A DNA stretch of 64,000 nucleotides from Felis catus (taxonomy: Eukaryota). Location of the stretch: the NCBI RefSeq assembly GCF_018350175.1, contig NC_058368.1, forward strand, positions 71,178,001 to 71,242,000, written 5' to 3'. Made by a program: the position numbers and the translations under genes. The notes beneath the pieces are model-generated. The model saw only the letters and a list, made by a program, of their open reading frames with translations. It had not been told where the DNA came from and ran no database searches. Positions 25,518-38,552 of this stretch are shown here, piece after piece (the stretch's first letter is position 1; each line of letters begins with the position of its first letter).

Positions 25518-27144
25518 GGAAATGTATTTCATCTCCTTGTGGTTATAGATTTTGCCTTCGTAACAAAGCCACAGTAAAGATATTTCTTTGCTCAAATTGG
25601 CTGCAATCCAAACAACTGGTCAACCACTGCCAACCAGTGAAATCCAAAACAGCAATTTATGTATCTGTTGACATTCTGAAGATGAAGTGAATCTGGACCT
25701 CTGTGTGCAATCTTCATAGCACTCAGACACTGATCAGAGAAACCATCATCACTGCCAAAAAGGGCCCAAATGCCACAGATGGCACGGTGGAGTTACAGGC
25801 TCTCTCGGTGTGAGCAGGTCAGACTGTTAGCAGGAGTGGAGGCAAGAGCTATGGATTATCTCCATTTTTTTTTTTAAGTAGGCTTCACACCCAACGTGGA
25901 GCCCAGTGCAGGGCTTGAGCTTATGACCCTGAAATCAAGACCTGAGCTGAGATCAAGAGTAGGACACTCAACCAACTGAGCCACCCAGGTACCCCTCCAT
26001 TGTTCCTAATATAAGCATATCTATGTATCTATATCTAGTCCTCATTTCTTAGATAAATGTTAGTATACTATAGATACTTTTCTCTACATTGATTTTTTTT
26101 TTTTTTAAGTAGGCTCCACACCCTAACATAGGGCTTGAACTCACAACTCTAGGATCAAGAGTTGTAGGCTGTACTGACTGAGCCAGCCACACATCCCTAC
26201 CTTGATTTCTTTCTCTCAACAATATATCCTGGCAATCAGTCCACTGTTGTATGTAGATATTTTCCTTATTCCCTATTACAGGTACACAGTACCCTATTAG
26301 ATGGATGTTCTGGTACATTTTAAGACTGAGGGTATTAGGAAAGGTTCAAAGCATGGGAAATCTTTTGGAAGAGAAGGCCTTTTATTTTGCTAATCTGTGG
26401 GTAACTCCAGGGTCCCTATTGAGGCTTAGATGATGGTGCCAATAGAGAGATGACTGAGTATTATTAACACAAAATTGCTGCTGGTCCTATATAATAAATC
26501 TCTTTGTTCTCTGAGCTAAAGAGCAGCTAGAAGGATTTGAAAGAAGAAACAGGCTTTTTCCTCTCCTCCTATACTTCCTTTTTGTAATATACTGTCTGTT
26601 ACACCATTAGGTTTTAAAGCAAGCCTCGAGTTAACCTGGAGTACAGCTATCTCACAGCAGAGATATCTACCAGGGAAGTGCTGCTTTCACCTTTGTGAAA
26701 CCACTTTCCTGATAATTGCTATTTCTCCTCTGATTCCTTCTGGAATCAATTCGTTGAGCAGACGAGGTCTCCTGTTACAAATCTCCGACTTGAGTAAAAA
26801 GTAGAATAGCTTCACTCCAAAGCCCATCATTATACACTAGATTCCCAAATTCAGTCTCTAGTCTGTCTCCCATACCACATTATGCTCAGCCATATTGTCC
26901 AGTAAAGCTCATGGAAGACAGTGTTTCAGTGAGTACTATATAGTAGCATAGCAGCATACATAGGCAAAACTCTCAGTGGGGCTAATAGAACAAAACTCAG
27001 GGAAAGTAGAACATAGAAGATATTTGCTCTTCTTTTCCCTCTGTCTCAGCCCACCTCCTCATCCCTCCTCAAAGAGAAGAGCTGCTACTATAATTGGCCA
27101 TACTCGGTTGACCTAGTTATTAGAGGAGTGGGAAGCACTGTTTT

Positions 27145-27382
27145 TTTTTTTTATTTTTTATTTAAAAAATTTTTTTTTTCAACGTTTATTTATTTTTGGG
27201 ACAGAGAGAGACAGAGCATGAACGGGGGAGGGGCAGAGAGAGAGGGAGACACAGAATCAGAAACAGGCTCCAGGCTCTGAGCCATCGGCCCAGAGCCCGA
27301 CGCGGGGCTCGAACTCACGGACCGCGAGATCGTGACCTGGCTGAAGTCGGATGCTTAACCGACTGCGCCACCCAGGCGCCCC
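27145..27382 (-). mobile_element. Young felid Can-SINE (SINEC_Fc-like)
   Basis: CpG-rich, long tail, perfect 15-bp TSD GGGAAGCACTGTTTT at 27130-27144 and 27383-27397. Confidence 0.92.
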
Positions 27383-27399
27383 GGGAAGCACTGTTTTAA

Positions 27400-30300
27400 G
27401 AGATTATGCATAAAGCCTATATGAGGAAGATTTTGAAACAGTTCTGAAAAATCACAAAAATATGATCAAAAATAGAAACACATTCCTTGTTCTTGGAGAG
27501 GACCAATCAACATCATAAATATTTCAAGTCTCTCCAAGTTAATATATAAATTTAATGTAATTCCCTAAAAAGATGCCAGCAAGATTTTCCTGGCACTGGA
27601 TCCTAAACTTCATATGGAAAAATAAATAAGCAGGAATACTCATGAACATCTTCAAAAGAAAGCAATTAGAGGGGTTGGCCTTACCACATATTAAAAATTA
27701 CTATAAAGATCCTATAATTAAAACAGTGTGGTGTTGATACCTGGCTAACAGACAAACCAATGGAAATAATTTCAAGCACATGTGGAAATTTAGCATAGGA
27801 CAAAGGAAGCATCTTAAATCATTGAGGGGAAAGATTAACTTAAAAAAATGGGATTAGCACAACGGGAGAGTCATTTGAAAAAAATATGTATTTGAATTTA
27901 TGTCCCTTACTTTACATTAAAATATACTCTAAATAGATCAGTTATTTCAATGTAAAGAAATGAAACAACATATTCAAGGGTGAATCATATCCATTTCTTT
28001 ATTACCTGGACATGAGGAAAGCCATTCTATTATAATTCAAATCCCAGAAGCCATGGAGAAAGATCAATACATTTAAATACATCTCTACCTATCTAACGTT
28101 TGATATCTAACTTACCTATCTACATATCCATACAGACAGACAGATACATATAAACTTGTGCTTGGCAAAATCATCATAAGCAAAGTCAAAAGACAAGTGA
28201 AAAACTGGCAGAAAATATTTTCAACTGAAATTACACAAAATGATTAATTTCTATCAATACATAACAAAGAATAAAGAAGTGTATTGATTGATGCTACAGC
28301 ATGGATGAACCTTGAAACCATGCCGAGCAAAAGAAGCCAGTCACAAAAGACCACATACGGTGTGATACCATTTACATGGAACATCTAGCATAGGCAAATT
28401 TACAGAGAAGGAGAGGAAGTTAGCAGTCACCTAGGGCTGGGTGGGGTGGGGTGGGGATGGGGTGTGGGAATGAGAATGACTGCTAATGGGTAAGAGGTTT
28501 CTTTTGGAGGTATTAAAAATGTTCCAAAGCTATATTATGGTGATGGTGGCACAACTCTGTAAATATACTACTTATTGAATGGTACTCTTTAAATGGGTGA
28601 GCATGTCATTCTATGTAAATTATATCATAATAAAACTGTTTAAAAAAAAAAAGACAAAGACAAAAACCCAGGAGGAGAATAGCTAGAAATGTTGAGACAG
28701 TTCACAGGAGATGAAAGGCAAATGCCTATGAGACATTTGAAAAAGTAGTTGGTGACATTCTTCCTAAAAGAAATGCACATGCAGGGGCATCCGACTTCAG
28801 CTCAGGTCATGATCTCACCATTTGTGGGTTCCAGCCCTACGTCGGGCTCTCTGCTGTCAGCACAGAGCCTGCTTTGGATTCTCTGTCCGCCCCCCCCCCC
28901 CCCCCCCCCGCCTCTCCCCCAATCGTGCTTTCTGTCAAAAATAAACATTCAAAACAAAACAAAGAAATGCACATGCAACAGAGGGCAGATTTGTTTTCTG
29001 ACTAGGATAATAAAGATAATATTTCCTTCGGAGTAAAGCTTAGGCAGGTTATATAGCAGCCCCATATAAGATTAGGGGTTTCCTAGGCTCGGTGTTCCTC
29101 TGCTGTGACACAAACCTACTTGGCCACAGCATTCACTCGGGCTGCTCCTCATCATCCCCATGGGACGTGGGAGGCAAGATGAACTGATGCCAACATGAAG
29201 CTCAGGCTTCTGCTGTACCATAACTAATAGATTCTCTTGTTTTTGACCTAAGAGTCTGAGGCCTTCTGGTAACACCCACTAAGGCTAACTTGTTAGCACT
29301 CAAGGAAGGTGACATCTCAAATCCTTCCCAGTTCCAGACTGGCAGAGGTCCAAAAGCTTGACATTACCCTATGTTGGTAATCCTGGAGAGAAACAGGTAT
29401 TCTTTTTTTTAAAGACTTTATTCTGGGACGCCTGGGTGGCTCAGTCAGTTGAGTGGCCGACTTCAGCTCAGGTCATGATCTCACAGCTCAAAGGCTCGTG
29501 AGTTCGAGCCCCACGTCAGGCTCTGTGCTGACAGCTCAGAGCCTGGAGCCTGCTTCGGATTCTCTCTCTCCCTCTCTCTCTGCCCTCCCCTGCTCGTGCT
29601 CTGTCTCTCTCTCTCTCAAAAAAAATAAAATAAACATTAAAAAAAAATAGACACTTAACTGAGCCACCCAGGTACTCCCAGAAACAGGTATTCTTAAACA
29701 TCACCAGTGGGATTGCAAAATGGCAACATTTTTCTGGAGGGAAAATTGGACAATATTCAACAAAATTATTACATGTGCGTTTACCCTTTGACTGGGTAAT
29801 CTTTCTGGGAAACTAGCTGACAATAATCCCTTTACAAATGCAAAATATGGTATGCACTTTGCTCTGCATTGTGAAGTTATTTGTAATAAAAGCTTAAAAA
29901 CAAATCCAAGTATCCATCAATAGAAGACTGATTGAATAAACTAGGGCATATCCACACATAAACATATTTGTATATACTTGTACATAGGTATATATATTTA
30001 TTTGTATGAGAAAAAGAAGAATAAACAAGATATTTCTGAAAATGGAAAGGGTTCCTAATAAGGATGGGTAGAATGGGTATAAGGAATAAAGGTGGGTGCA
30101 AGAATTTAATTCTTTGGGTATCCTTTTTATGTAGCTTTGACTTCTGAATCATGTAAATGATTTATATATTCAAAAAATTAAGTTAAATAAGAATAAAAAA
30201 ACCCTAAAATTGAACACAAACAGAAACCAATGAGTGGAACTGAATATGATACCCAATTGCACTGAGAACATAATTACTTTTTTTTTAAGATTTTATTTTT

Positions 30301-30660
30301 AAGTAGTGTCTACACCCAACATGGGTCTTGAACTTACAACCCCAAGATCAAGAGTCATATCTCTACTGACTGAGCTAGCCAGGCATCCCGAGAAGATAAT
30401 TAAAGTTACTTTGGAACATAGACCACTGTAACATTTTGCCCATATAAAGTCTAAGGACAAATAAAACTCCAAAGATACTTTGAACTGCATTCAATAAGTT
30501 TATTGTTAGCAGTATTGTTGTTCTTGTGCTTTTGTGTATGATAAAATAAAACAAATAAGGAAATATTAATGTTATTAGGAACCAAGATTTCCAAGTTATG
30601 AAGATAAAAAAAATCACTATAATCCTAACTTTAAATTGGAACTATCAATATAAACCCATA
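27400..30660 (+). mobile_element. Fragmented old L1M sequence with nested insertions
   Basis: L1 ORF2 and 3'UTR-like motifs (AATTAAAACAGTGTGGTGTTG, AGCATGGATGAACCTTGAAA) interrupted by SINEs and an LTR-like piece. Confidence 0.6.
29030..29340 (+). mobile_element. ERV1-type LTR fragment (MER34-like)
   Basis: CTCATCATCCCCATGGGACGTGGGAGGCAAG...GCTAACTTGTTAGC...ATCTCAAATCC resembles MER34-group LTR 3' halves as recalled. Confidence 0.45.
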
Positions 30661-32051
30661 TATATACATATATATGTATATGTGTGTGTGTGTGTGTGTA
30701 TACATATTTCAGAAACATTTATTGTGTGCCTAGTATATGTGTCAGGCATAGGAGAAACAACAATGAATGATAAAAGTATAAACTCTGCTACAATAGAGTT
30801 TATGGGTGATACATATATTAAATATATAATTGCACAAATAATTAATGGAATTAAGCCTTGCATTTACCAAGAGTTTACACCATCACCATTTGACACATGA
30901 AGTTCCTCAGCCTGCAAAGCAGCCCAGCCTGAAATGCAGCCTTATTATTAAGACAAAATACTCAGTGTCTATTTTAAGAAAGATTAAGTGCTCAGAGTGA
31001 GGGCCACTTGTGCCAAAAATGAACAATTTGGATCTCTCTTTTTTTTTTTTTAATGTTTAATGTTTATTTATTTTTGAGAAAGACAGAGTGCAAGTGGGGA
31101 GGGGCAGAAAGAGAGGGAGACACAGAATCTGAAGCAGGCTCCAGGCTCTGTGCTGACAGCTCAGGGGCTCTAATTCACAGACCATGAGATCATGACCTGA
31201 GCTGAAGTCAGTTGCCGAACTGACTGAGCTACCCAGGTGCCCCAAACAATTTGGATCTCTTAACGTGTGTGAGAAATTTTAGTTTTCTAGTGGCAGGAAT
31301 GAAACACACAGGCCTGTGCTGAGTTGTCCAGGCTAAGACAGACAGGCAGTGTTGCCTGCCCTTCCCAGACAAGATTGAGAAATGTTCTGTGTCTTCTTAT
31401 CTCTCTCTAATAAGAAACATCTTGCTTTGGAGCCAAAGTTGTGAAAGGAACTGGCAGCTAGCTTTCAGCTCAGCACACAATTTTTACAAGAAAAGGAGTC
31501 TTGTGGTAACTTCGGTGATGGTGTCACTCATCGAGAGGAGTCCAGTGCCAGCAAGTGAATTTAGAGTAATCATGGGCTAGATCTAAAGCGAGAGCTCCAT
31601 GTTGAGCATCCCTGGTGTGCTGCCTGGTAAGGTGTGTGAAGGTGACATAACCTCTGGATGTACACCATCTGTTTCCTGCTTTCTAAAGCTCTGTGACTGT
31701 GAACAGTTACTTCCAAAGTCTAGCACTCACGAAAGATTTACAAGCGGAGAGAGGAATCTCTCTTTTTAGTATTTTATGATAAGGAGTTTCAGATCTCTAG
31801 TCACCTGGCTTATTGAGGTGTTTTCCATCTAAAAAGGTGCTTAGTGGTTGAGTCCAGTTACTTAGGGAACCACCTGATACCTAGGAACTGGTACCAAGTG
31901 AAGCTGGGTGGTCCCCAAAGGAAAGTGAATACAAATTTAACAGTTTAGTGGTATATTTTAGCCATATCATAAGCAAATTGTAGTCAGTTGGATGTATGCT
32001 TGGAAGTGACTAAGAATGCAAAGGGCAATATTAAGATGGGTACTTTTTAGG

Positions 32052-32250
32052 CAGTGGTGTGCTGGTAAATGTTTAACAACAGATTCTTTCTCTGGGATGG
32101 TGGGAGTAGGGGAGGCCCTGATGTGTAGTTTTCTTGTTTCCACTGTGTAAAAGTTTCCACAGGCTGATTTCAAGCTTTGAAGAATTTAATAAGATTCCCG
32201 ACAATTCAACAATTCTCATCAGTTGATTCTATCTATAAGCGAACCATTGC
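32052..32250. mobile_element. MER63-like hAT MITE remnant
   Basis: CAGTGGTGTGCTGGTAAATGTTTAACAAC terminus. Confidence 0.6.
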
Positions 32251-34539
32251 TTATCGGTACCATAGTTAAGAGGTAACAAGCTGTCAACAATCCAGAACCT
32301 TAACCCAAAAAAGGTAAAGGAAAATATGTAGGAAAATTAAGAAAACGTGCATACAGATTGAAGTGTGACAATGTGCAGTGCTGGTTCCCTGACTTCCCAT
32401 GTTCATGGCGCTTGGGCTGTCTCCTGCCTCTAGTCGTTAGTTTGTTCTGATAGTCTTGAGTGGAAGCTCTTTCCTATGGTTTTCTGCTTCTGGAGTACTC
32501 CTAAGAATTCTCAGGTTGAGGTCTGTAGCAGGAACAAACAGTCTTTCTGATCAAGAAGGATTTCTTTCTCCTTCATTAACAAGTAAGAAAGCAAGGATCA
32601 ACACCCCAGAGTGGGACGACTGTGTTAGTTGTTCATAGTGCCTGTAAGGTCCTTTTCAGTGAGGTCAGGGCAGTCTTTTTCTCATGGTTCTTTAAAGAGA
32701 TAACACCTCTCATTTTAAATAGTGAAAAGAGTTGTTTTGAAGGATGTTCTGAAAAAGCTACTCACATCTGTTGACAAAGTTGTGCATTGATTCCACTTAT
32801 AGGAGATATCTAGAATAGTCAAACTCATAGAGACAGTAGAAAGGTGGTGGCTAGGGTCTGCGGGGAGCAGAAAATGGGCATTTAGTGTTTAAGGAAAACA
32901 GTTTCAATTTTGCAAGGTGAGAAAAGTTCTGGAGATGGATGGTAGTGATGGTTTATACAACAATGTCAATGTATTTAATACCACTGAACTGTACCCTTAA
33001 AATGGTTATAATGGGTGGCTATATACATATATATATATACACACACACAATATTTGTGTATATATATATACAAATATTTGCAATATTTGGCTATTTCAGC
33101 CTGTAATAAGGAAAAGTCTATAACTGGGGACAGGCAGATAAGATGCCTATTAGTTAATAGATTGAGAGTCAATGGGCTGGCTATGGAGTTTGATTTCATT
33201 GTCATTAAGATAAAAGGCAACTGTTCAGGCCAAGTTCCAGAGTTTCTAAAAATTGAGCTAGAGTTGAGAATTCTATTTGTCTTTTCTGTACTACCTGAGG
33301 ATTGAGGATGATATGGGCAATGAAGTACTGAGCTTTATAAAGCTCCTTAGTAAAAATTCCAGTGAAATGAATGTTTCCGCCCCTAAAGAGAAAGTTAAGA
33401 CTCCTTAGGTAGGAAACTTTATGCTTCTGTACAAGTTGTGGCTTTCTGAAAAGAGAAAACTTAATTCTAATAAATACACAATTACCAGGGTGGTTGGGTG
33501 ACTCCGTTGGTTAAGTGTCTGACTCCTGATTTTGGCTCAGGTCATGATCTCTCGGTTTGTGGTTTGAGCCTCGTGTCATGCTCTGCTCTGACAGCGTGGG
33601 GCCTGCTTGAGATTCTCTCTCCCCCTCTCTCTCTGCCCCTTGCCTGCTTGTGTACACTCTTTTTCTCTCTCTCTCAAATTAAATAAATATACTTAAAAAA
33701 ATATGAACACACAAGTACCAAAACACATTCATATCCCATTGTTAGGGCAATTTTATATAAAGCATTTGGAAATGCTCAAAGAAGCTTTGGTTCTGTTCTC
33801 TTTTCTAGCTTTAGTTTTGCCAGGATTTTATTATAGGCAGTAGGATATGCACTAGAAACATTCTTTTTTATTTTTTTTAGAAACATTCTTGACTATGCTT
33901 TAAGTGTTTCCAACTCCGTTGTTGGATTAAGATGGTCACCAAACTATCTTTGCTATGGTAACAAGACTGAAGAGCTTGCTTGCTATGTTAATCAGCACCC
34001 AGGGATGGAAGAGGGTGAGATCCTCTCCTGAAGTATGATACATAATTAATTTAGAAAGATATCATCAATTATTACCTTGGGAGAGAACATGTTATGGATT
34101 GTAAGGGCCTTTCAGGTCATAAAGTATACTATGATTGGCTTTGATTGGCAATGGTATTAAAACCTAGAAACAATCTATAGACAGTTACTATACCAGTTTT
34201 AGTGCTTAGCAATTGGGTATCTTAGCAGTTGTTAACCAGAAGGTGGGAGAGATACAGCAGAGCTGAGGAGGTCATTGGTAAGTGTGCAGAGGAGAGTTGA
34301 CACAGCAAGCCTCATGTGACTATCTTTATTCATTTTTTTAAAGTTTGTTTTTACTTTGGGAGAGAGAGTATGAGTGGGGGAAGGGCAGATAGAGAGGAAG
34401 AAGAGAGAATCCCAAGGAGGCACTGCAGACAGCCCAACTTAGGGCTCAATCCTACAACTCTAGGGCCATGACCTGAGCCAAAATCAAGAGTCAGACGCTC
34501 AACCGAGTGAGCCACCCAGGCACCCCTGAGGTGACTTTC

Positions 34540-34848
34540 TTTAGAAAGGCCTGATTGCAAAGTTCGCCCTTGGCTGGATTTTGGAAACATTCCTACTGCC
34601 TTCCACTGATAAGGGTGGCCCACTGTACTCAGACTATGCAAATAATGTGGTTTATTGCTGAACACTTGCTTTTCTTCTGGGTAGCTGGAGTTTTGGTAGG
34701 TGTTAAGCAAAGGGTGCTTACATGACTAGCCGCCGGTAGAAACATTGCTCACTGAGTCTCTGAAAGTCTTCCCCGGGCAAAAACATTGCACATATGCATT
34801 TTCATTGCTGGGTCAAGAGTGTGCTGTGTGTGTCCCTTCATGGGACAG
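34540..34848. mobile_element. ERVL LTR fragment (MER21/MER68/MER77 group)
   Basis: GTGGTTTATTGCTGAACACTTGCTTTTCTTCTGGG...GGGTGCTTACATGACTAGCC...CACTGAGTCTCTG. Confidence 0.6.
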
Positions 34849-35225
34849 TGTTATGGGCTGAATGTGTCTCCCCCTCCTCACTCCTTCCCCATTCATATGT
34901 TGAAGCCCTAACCTCATTGTGACTGTATTTGGAGATAAGGCCTTTATGGAAGTAATTAAAAGTTAAATGAGGTCATTGGGGTCAGACTCCGAACTGACAG
35001 GATTAGAGACTTTAGAAGAAAAGTTACTAGAGAGTTCTGTCACTCTCCTTGGACATAAGCAGGGAGGAAAGGCCATGTGAGGACACAATGAGAAGGTAGC
35101 TGTCCACAAGCTAGGGAGAGTTCTCACCAGAAACTGAATTGGCCAGCACCTTGATCTTGGATTTCTAGCCTCCAGAACTGTGGGAAAATAAAAATCTAAG
35201 CTACCCAGTTATGGCAGCCCTAGCC
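34849..35225 (+). mobile_element. MaLR solo LTR (MLT1A/B-like)
   Basis: TGTTATGGGCTGAATGTGTCTCCC...CAGCACCTTGATCTTGGATTTCTAGCCTCCAGAACTGTG...ATGGCAGCCCTAG. Confidence 0.82.
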
Positions 35226-35762
35226 TCCCTCGGCAAGGGCAACCTGCCTCTCAAACTCAGTAACTAGTGTTCCCACACATTATTTCATCCCTTTATTACT
35301 TATGCATGTGTTCTTCAATAATATAAGACTGTTTCATGTTAAAACTTTCATTAAAATAGTATCAAACTGTATATATTCTTCAGCAATTTATTTACTTATT
35401 TATTTATGCTGCATCTTATATTTGTGAGATTTATCCACGTGGATACTTTTGCACTAGTTCTAGAATAATGCAAAAAAATATTGTAAAATGCAAAGACAGT
35501 ATCACTTCCTAGATTAAGATGCTTCAGGTTTTCCACCTTAAAAAACAGGGATGAAAAAAACACAAGCATCTAAAGACAGTGAGTAAAGGACTGAGTGTGG
35601 CACATGGTGATGCCTTTGAATGTTTTGAGGTGGGGATCCCCGCATTGTTAAATCTTTCACTATCTCAAGAAAAGAAAATTTGGATTTATACACGAAAGCT
35701 GCCATATTTTGAATAGTTAACTAATTCAATTTGAGAAACATACAATGTGCACAGGAGTGCAC

Positions 35763-35768
35763 CGCGCG

Positions 35769-35816
<48 letters not shown>
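35763..35816. repeat. Compound (CG)7(CA)20 microsatellite
   Basis: Read directly. Perfect alternating purine-pyrimidine run. Confidence 0.95.
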
Positions 35817-35817
<1 letters not shown>

Positions 35818-37304
35818 GGCTAAAGCCAAACAGTCTTGTGCTATGTGTGGCCCACATTCTGCCACATTGTGATTTCTGGCCTGGAAGATGAAAGCCCCAA
35901 ACTCCATAGTATAATATTTACTTTCCTCAGGGTCTGGTCTTTCCTCTTCCTTCAGCTTTGTCTCCAAACACCGCTTTGCTGAGAACAGTCTCTGGCATAG
36001 AATAAGCATTCAATAAATATTAATTATTTTATCTACTGTCTTTTTTTCATTTGGGTCAGAAATGGACTCTTTGTAGTTCTTTTGATCTTCCAGGATCCAG
36101 TCAAGTTTATCCTTAATCTACACATATCAAAAAGAGTAAGCAAGGAAGTTCCCTAAATAACAGTATTTACAAATGTTATTTGTTCTCTCAGGGCAGATAT
36201 GAAAGGGTTTGGGGACCTTGGCATACGTTGCTTAAAGACAATAGTCATAAACTATTACTGATTTGTTTCTGTGAAAATAAAAATTGTTATGCATAGGTAC
36301 CATGGTCCCAAACATATTTGAGAATTCTCCCACAATCTTCCATAAGAGTCGGGTTCAGTTCTTGTGTCCTTAACCCGTGGCCAAAATGAGGAGGCTGCTG
36401 GACACAAAGTTGGTTACCGAGAGCTTCAAGGATCTTCTGTGGTTGCTATGCTAGGAAAGAGCTCTGGGCCTGGCTGTACCTCATGAGCTGTTTAGAGATA
36501 GGCTTTTGTATCTTGGTGCACAATTTGGTGCTTATTTTTTGTTTTTGGTATGCTACTTTTCACTCTCTAGATAAATTTTGAAGTCCTTGAGGAAAGAGAC
36601 CACATTTAAAAATTTTCTCTTACGCTAATTGGAACAAACTCAATTTTTAAAATGATTTTTATTATTTATTATTATTTCTTACAAACTCCAAAGTTTTTTA
36701 TTGAAGAAAAACAGCTCTGGTGTTAATGATAGGACCTGAACACTGTTTAATTTGGGATGGTGAATTAATTTCATTTATCAGTAAACATCTATATCAGTAA
36801 GTTCTTAGGTGCAATAGAAGAGTCTAGCTAGTCTAAACAGAAATGGAATCTATTAAGGGACATTAACTCACAAGATCTCCAAAGGGCTTGAGAGTAGAAT
36901 TGGAGGATACATAGACAGGACAGAATACTCCAGTATTCCTACAAGACCCCAGCGAAGACCCCACATGGATCCTGTAGCTGGGAGCCTGTGCTGCTACCCT
37001 CACCAGCAAATGGATTCTGGGTAGCAACTGCTTATCACATAGCTGTCTTGAATCAACACCTTTCCAGGATGCAGCTACTGGTGCAGCTAGATCATCTGCC
37101 TGAATCTAACTGTAAAGGAGTAAGACAAAGCAAATATCTGGTTCTATCTTGGGGAGAACTCATCCTGTAAGAAACTCCCCAATGTTAGAAAGGTGTTCCA
37201 AGGATGGTGGATGTCCATAAAACATGACATGATTTTGATTGCAGTACCATACAAAATTTGGTCTGCAGGCCAGTGTCAATCCTCAAAACGTTAGTTATAG
37301 GTTC

Positions 37305-37660
37305 CTACCAGGGACTGAATGTATCCTTCCAAAATTCATGTGTTGAAGCTAATCACCTGTATGATGGTATTTGGAGTTGGGGCCTTTTAGAAGTGATTGG
37401 GCAGTGAGAGTGGAGCCCTCATGAATGGGATCAGTGCCCTTATAAGGAAAGACATTAGACATTAGATATCTTTCTCTGTTCTTACTGTGTGAGGCTGCAA
37501 GATGATGGCCACCTACAAACCGGGCAGCGGCCTCCAGCAGACACTGGATCTGCTGGTACCTTGATCTTGAACTTCCCAGCTTCCAGCATTGTGAGAAATA
37601 GTTACTGCTTAAGCCACACAGTCTATAGTACATCTGCTAAAGCAACCTGAACAAATATAC
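37305..37660 (+). mobile_element. MaLR solo LTR (MLT1A-like)
   Basis: GACTGAATGTATCCTTCCAAAATTCATGTGTTGAAG...GGAGCCCTCATGAATGGGATCAGTGCCCTTATAAG. Confidence 0.82.
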
Positions 37661-37793
37661 CATAGACTGTGTGTTGAGATAAATACATAAATTGTTAAAA
37701 GATCTTATGTGACAGCCTTGTCACATAACTCTCACGTTGGTGGCCAATGGGCAGTGGTTGCTGGAGTACACTTAGTATAGCACTACTCTAGAG

Positions 37794-37995
37794 CAGAGGT
37801 CTGCAGACTACACCCCAGGCCAAATCCAGCCTGCTTCTTGTTTTTATAGGCCTGCAAGCTAAAAGTTTAGTTTAAAACTTTTACATTTTAAAGGGTTGCT
37901 AAAGAAACAAAAAAGTATGCAACAGAGACTTATGTGCCTCTTACAAGCCTGAAATCTTCACTGTTTATTAAACAGAAAAAGTTTGCCAACTCCTT
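37794..37995. mobile_element. MER58-like hAT-Charlie MITE
   Basis: CAGAGGTCTGCAGACTA...AGTTTGCCAACTCCT, with a perfect 8-bp TSD CTCTAGAG at 37786-37793 and 37996-38003. Confidence 0.85.
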
Positions 37996-38552
37996 CTCTA
38001 GAGCCTACTCTAATACTGAATTCTTTGAGAAGAAATTCTTGCAAGGTGCCTCGGTGGCTCAGTTGGATAGGTGCCTAACTGGCTTAGGTCATGATCTCAC
38101 GGTTGTGAGAGCCAGCCCTACACTGGGCTGCATGCTGGCATGGAGCCTGCTTAAAATTCTCTCTCCCTCTCCCTCTTCCCCTCTCTTGCTTGTGTTTTCT
38201 CTCTTGCAAAAAATAAATAAGTAAAACAAGGAGAAGAAATCCTTGCCATGTTTTTAGATACCTTGGGTGCTATTCATAGGATGGATACTATTCCTGATAT
38301 TGTTAATGTATATTTTTATTCTGACAGTTTTTAAGCAGTGGTCTAATTAATTTATAGTAATAGTAAAAAATATTTTCAATACTTTGATTTTGAAGAGTTC
38401 TTGTCAAAATTTATCAATTCTATAATTTAGTGTTAAATATTCCTTCATTCTATTTTCAGAAAAAAAATCTACTTTCCTCTTAAATATCATCTGTTCCCTT
38501 CTGATGTGTACAAAAGTCCTTTTTAGTCTGTTTATTTTCCCTTTATTAATAC

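Larger units (their letters stand above)
22921..25850 (-). pseudogene. Processed pseudogene of asparagine synthetase (ASNS-like), full length, decayed
   Basis: The minus strand reads (ATC)[24 protein letters not shown] from 25780, VFLG..TY.VR.LFK.M.EDGFLA.C.EAKGL near 25100, GCLLSGGLDSS near 24410, and ends [16 protein letters not shown]...[11 protein letters not shown] with TAG at 23055-23057. There are no ASNS-scale introns. The start codon is mutated ATG>ATC, and there are several stops and frameshifts. A 3'UTR and A-rich tail remnant lie near 22921-22932. Confidence 0.93.
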
